Assembly: GCA_025603075.1 (NCBI GenBank)
Contig: MU626331.1
Span: 1-64,000 of the forward strand
DNA length: 64,000 nucleotides
Direction of reading: 5' to 3'
From: Neoconidiobolus thromboides FSU 785
Taxonomy: Eukaryota; Fungi; Entomophthoromycota
The translations under genes were made by a program, and so were the position numbers. A model generated the notes under the pieces. It was not told the DNA's origin, searched no databases, and was given only the letters and a program-made list of their open reading frames with translations. This document shows positions 62,466 to 64,000 of the stretch, piece after piece (the first letter of the stretch is position 1; each line of letters begins with the position of its first letter).

Positions 62466-64000
62466 TATTCTACTATTTATTTTTCAGAGCTTGATTATTT
62501 TATTAGTTTCTATTTACTCATTTATATACAATAAAGATGGGAATAATGAGAACAGAAAAAGCCACCCGTTTTATTTATTTTCATACATATATTGAAATGC
62601 TAGTGTAAAATTTATATGCATAATTAATAGTAAATTAGATTATTTGTTCTATCAAAAATTACAACATCAATATAAAAAATTAGATTATTTCCGACTTTTT
62701 ATTTATTTGTTCTTTTGATTAATATTGAATGTATAATTGTAACTTATTTTGTTATAATAGATTGATTTGAATGAAGTTTGATCTATATAAATAACAAAAT
62801 ATCTTAAATAATGGTAATAATAATCTATATTTAATTTTAATAAAAAATAATAATAGTGAATTTATTAACAAATAAACATAGATTTTTTCTTAAAACAAAA
62901 TTTCTAATATTTGCAAATAATAATAAATCCAATTCTTTAATTATAGCAATAAATTACTCAATATGGAATTAAATTTTATGTATGAACTTTTAATTTGTAT
63001 TATTTTATATTATCATTGAACTTTACTTTTTTCGATGCTTTCAATTCCAATATCCTTTTTTGATACAAGACAAAGGATGCTTATTATCTAAAAAATGGTA
63101 TATTATATTGATTATTTCAATCTAGGAATATATGAAAATGAACTTTATTTTTATTGATTGCGAAAAGTAGTACAAACAGTAATTCTATTTTTGGTTGAAC
63201 AATGTCTAAGCTATCTAAAATCATATAAAGGAATTTATAAATACCTTTTTATGTTTATTTACAATAAATAAAATGCTATAAAGAACTTTATAATATTAAA
63301 AATTAAAAAGGAAAGTATAATAAAATAAATACAAATATGAAAGACTTATCAATCAAATACAATTTTATACTGATTGTAATACTTTATTAAAATAGAATTA
63401 AAATAAAACAATATAAAGTTTGTATATTTATTTCACATTGTTAATTTTATCTTTTACTTCATTTTATCTCTATAGTAAAACAATTTCAAAATTAGTTGAT
63501 TTGTTTAAAGCCTTAAAATCCTTAAAAATTAGAAATAAAAACACAAAACAAAAGTATTTACTAAAATAATAATGTTAATAATAGTTTGACAAATTAAAAT
63601 ATTTCAAAGACTAAAAATGTTTAAAAGTTATATTAAAAAAGGAAAACTATTGTTACTTTTTTTTATTTAGTTAAATTATCATAAATGACTTAAGTGCATT
63701 ATAAACTTATTTAGCCATTAATTATTATCCTACCATTTCTAAAATATCTGAAAAATTAGCTCTAATAATAGTATTATTTAAAATAACATACTTTCTTATT
63801 AAACATTGTTTTCCTTAATAGCTATATGAAAGTTGGTGCTCAGTGGTTAGAGTTAAAAGCAGTTTTTAATTAGCTGTAAGTCAAAGGATCTTAGCTTATA
63901 ATTAAGATAGACTTAAGTTATGAAGAATGGCACGTAATAGACTATGGACTATGTAAGACAAATGGAATAGACAATACTATTGTAAAGTCTACGTAAAATA

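Overview
Very AT-rich eukaryotic scaffold with two N gaps (12034-12253, 27486-27795) and short GT-AG introns (about 50-65 nt). The gene content is fungal (Zn2Cys6 TF, Yox1-like homeodomains, secreted tyrosinase, fungal-type GPCR). An early-diverging lineage such as Entomophthorales/Conidiobolus is a plausible source, but that is inference only. Conserved genes: MTG1-like GTPase, PAAF1/Rpn14, a DUF5522/C1orf53-like microprotein, Ras and an intronless THO2. There are six tRNA genes (Lys, Asp x3, Asn, Val). Accessory content: four paralogous GDXG/kynurenine-formamidase-like alpha/beta-hydrolases that all end in PTS1-like tripeptides, three of which have lost the HGGG oxyanion motif; two homeobox genes; two tubby-C/LURP-like paralogs; a run of four secreted or surface low-complexity proteins; a secreted tyrosinase; an orphan 7TM protein; a Zn2Cys6 TF; and a GPCR. 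Intergenic DNA carries two unrelated MITE families (about 105 bp, at least 16 copies; about 165 bp, 4-5 copies) and one LTR-like segment. Most notable observations: the rewired peroxisomal hydrolase family, a possible Tyr-rich mucin / Cu-peptide / tyrosinase surface-adhesive module (hypothesis), an inverted tRNA-Asp duplication enclosing three MITEs, and two convergent genes whose stop codons abut with zero intergenic bases. All calls are by eye; no database searches were run.
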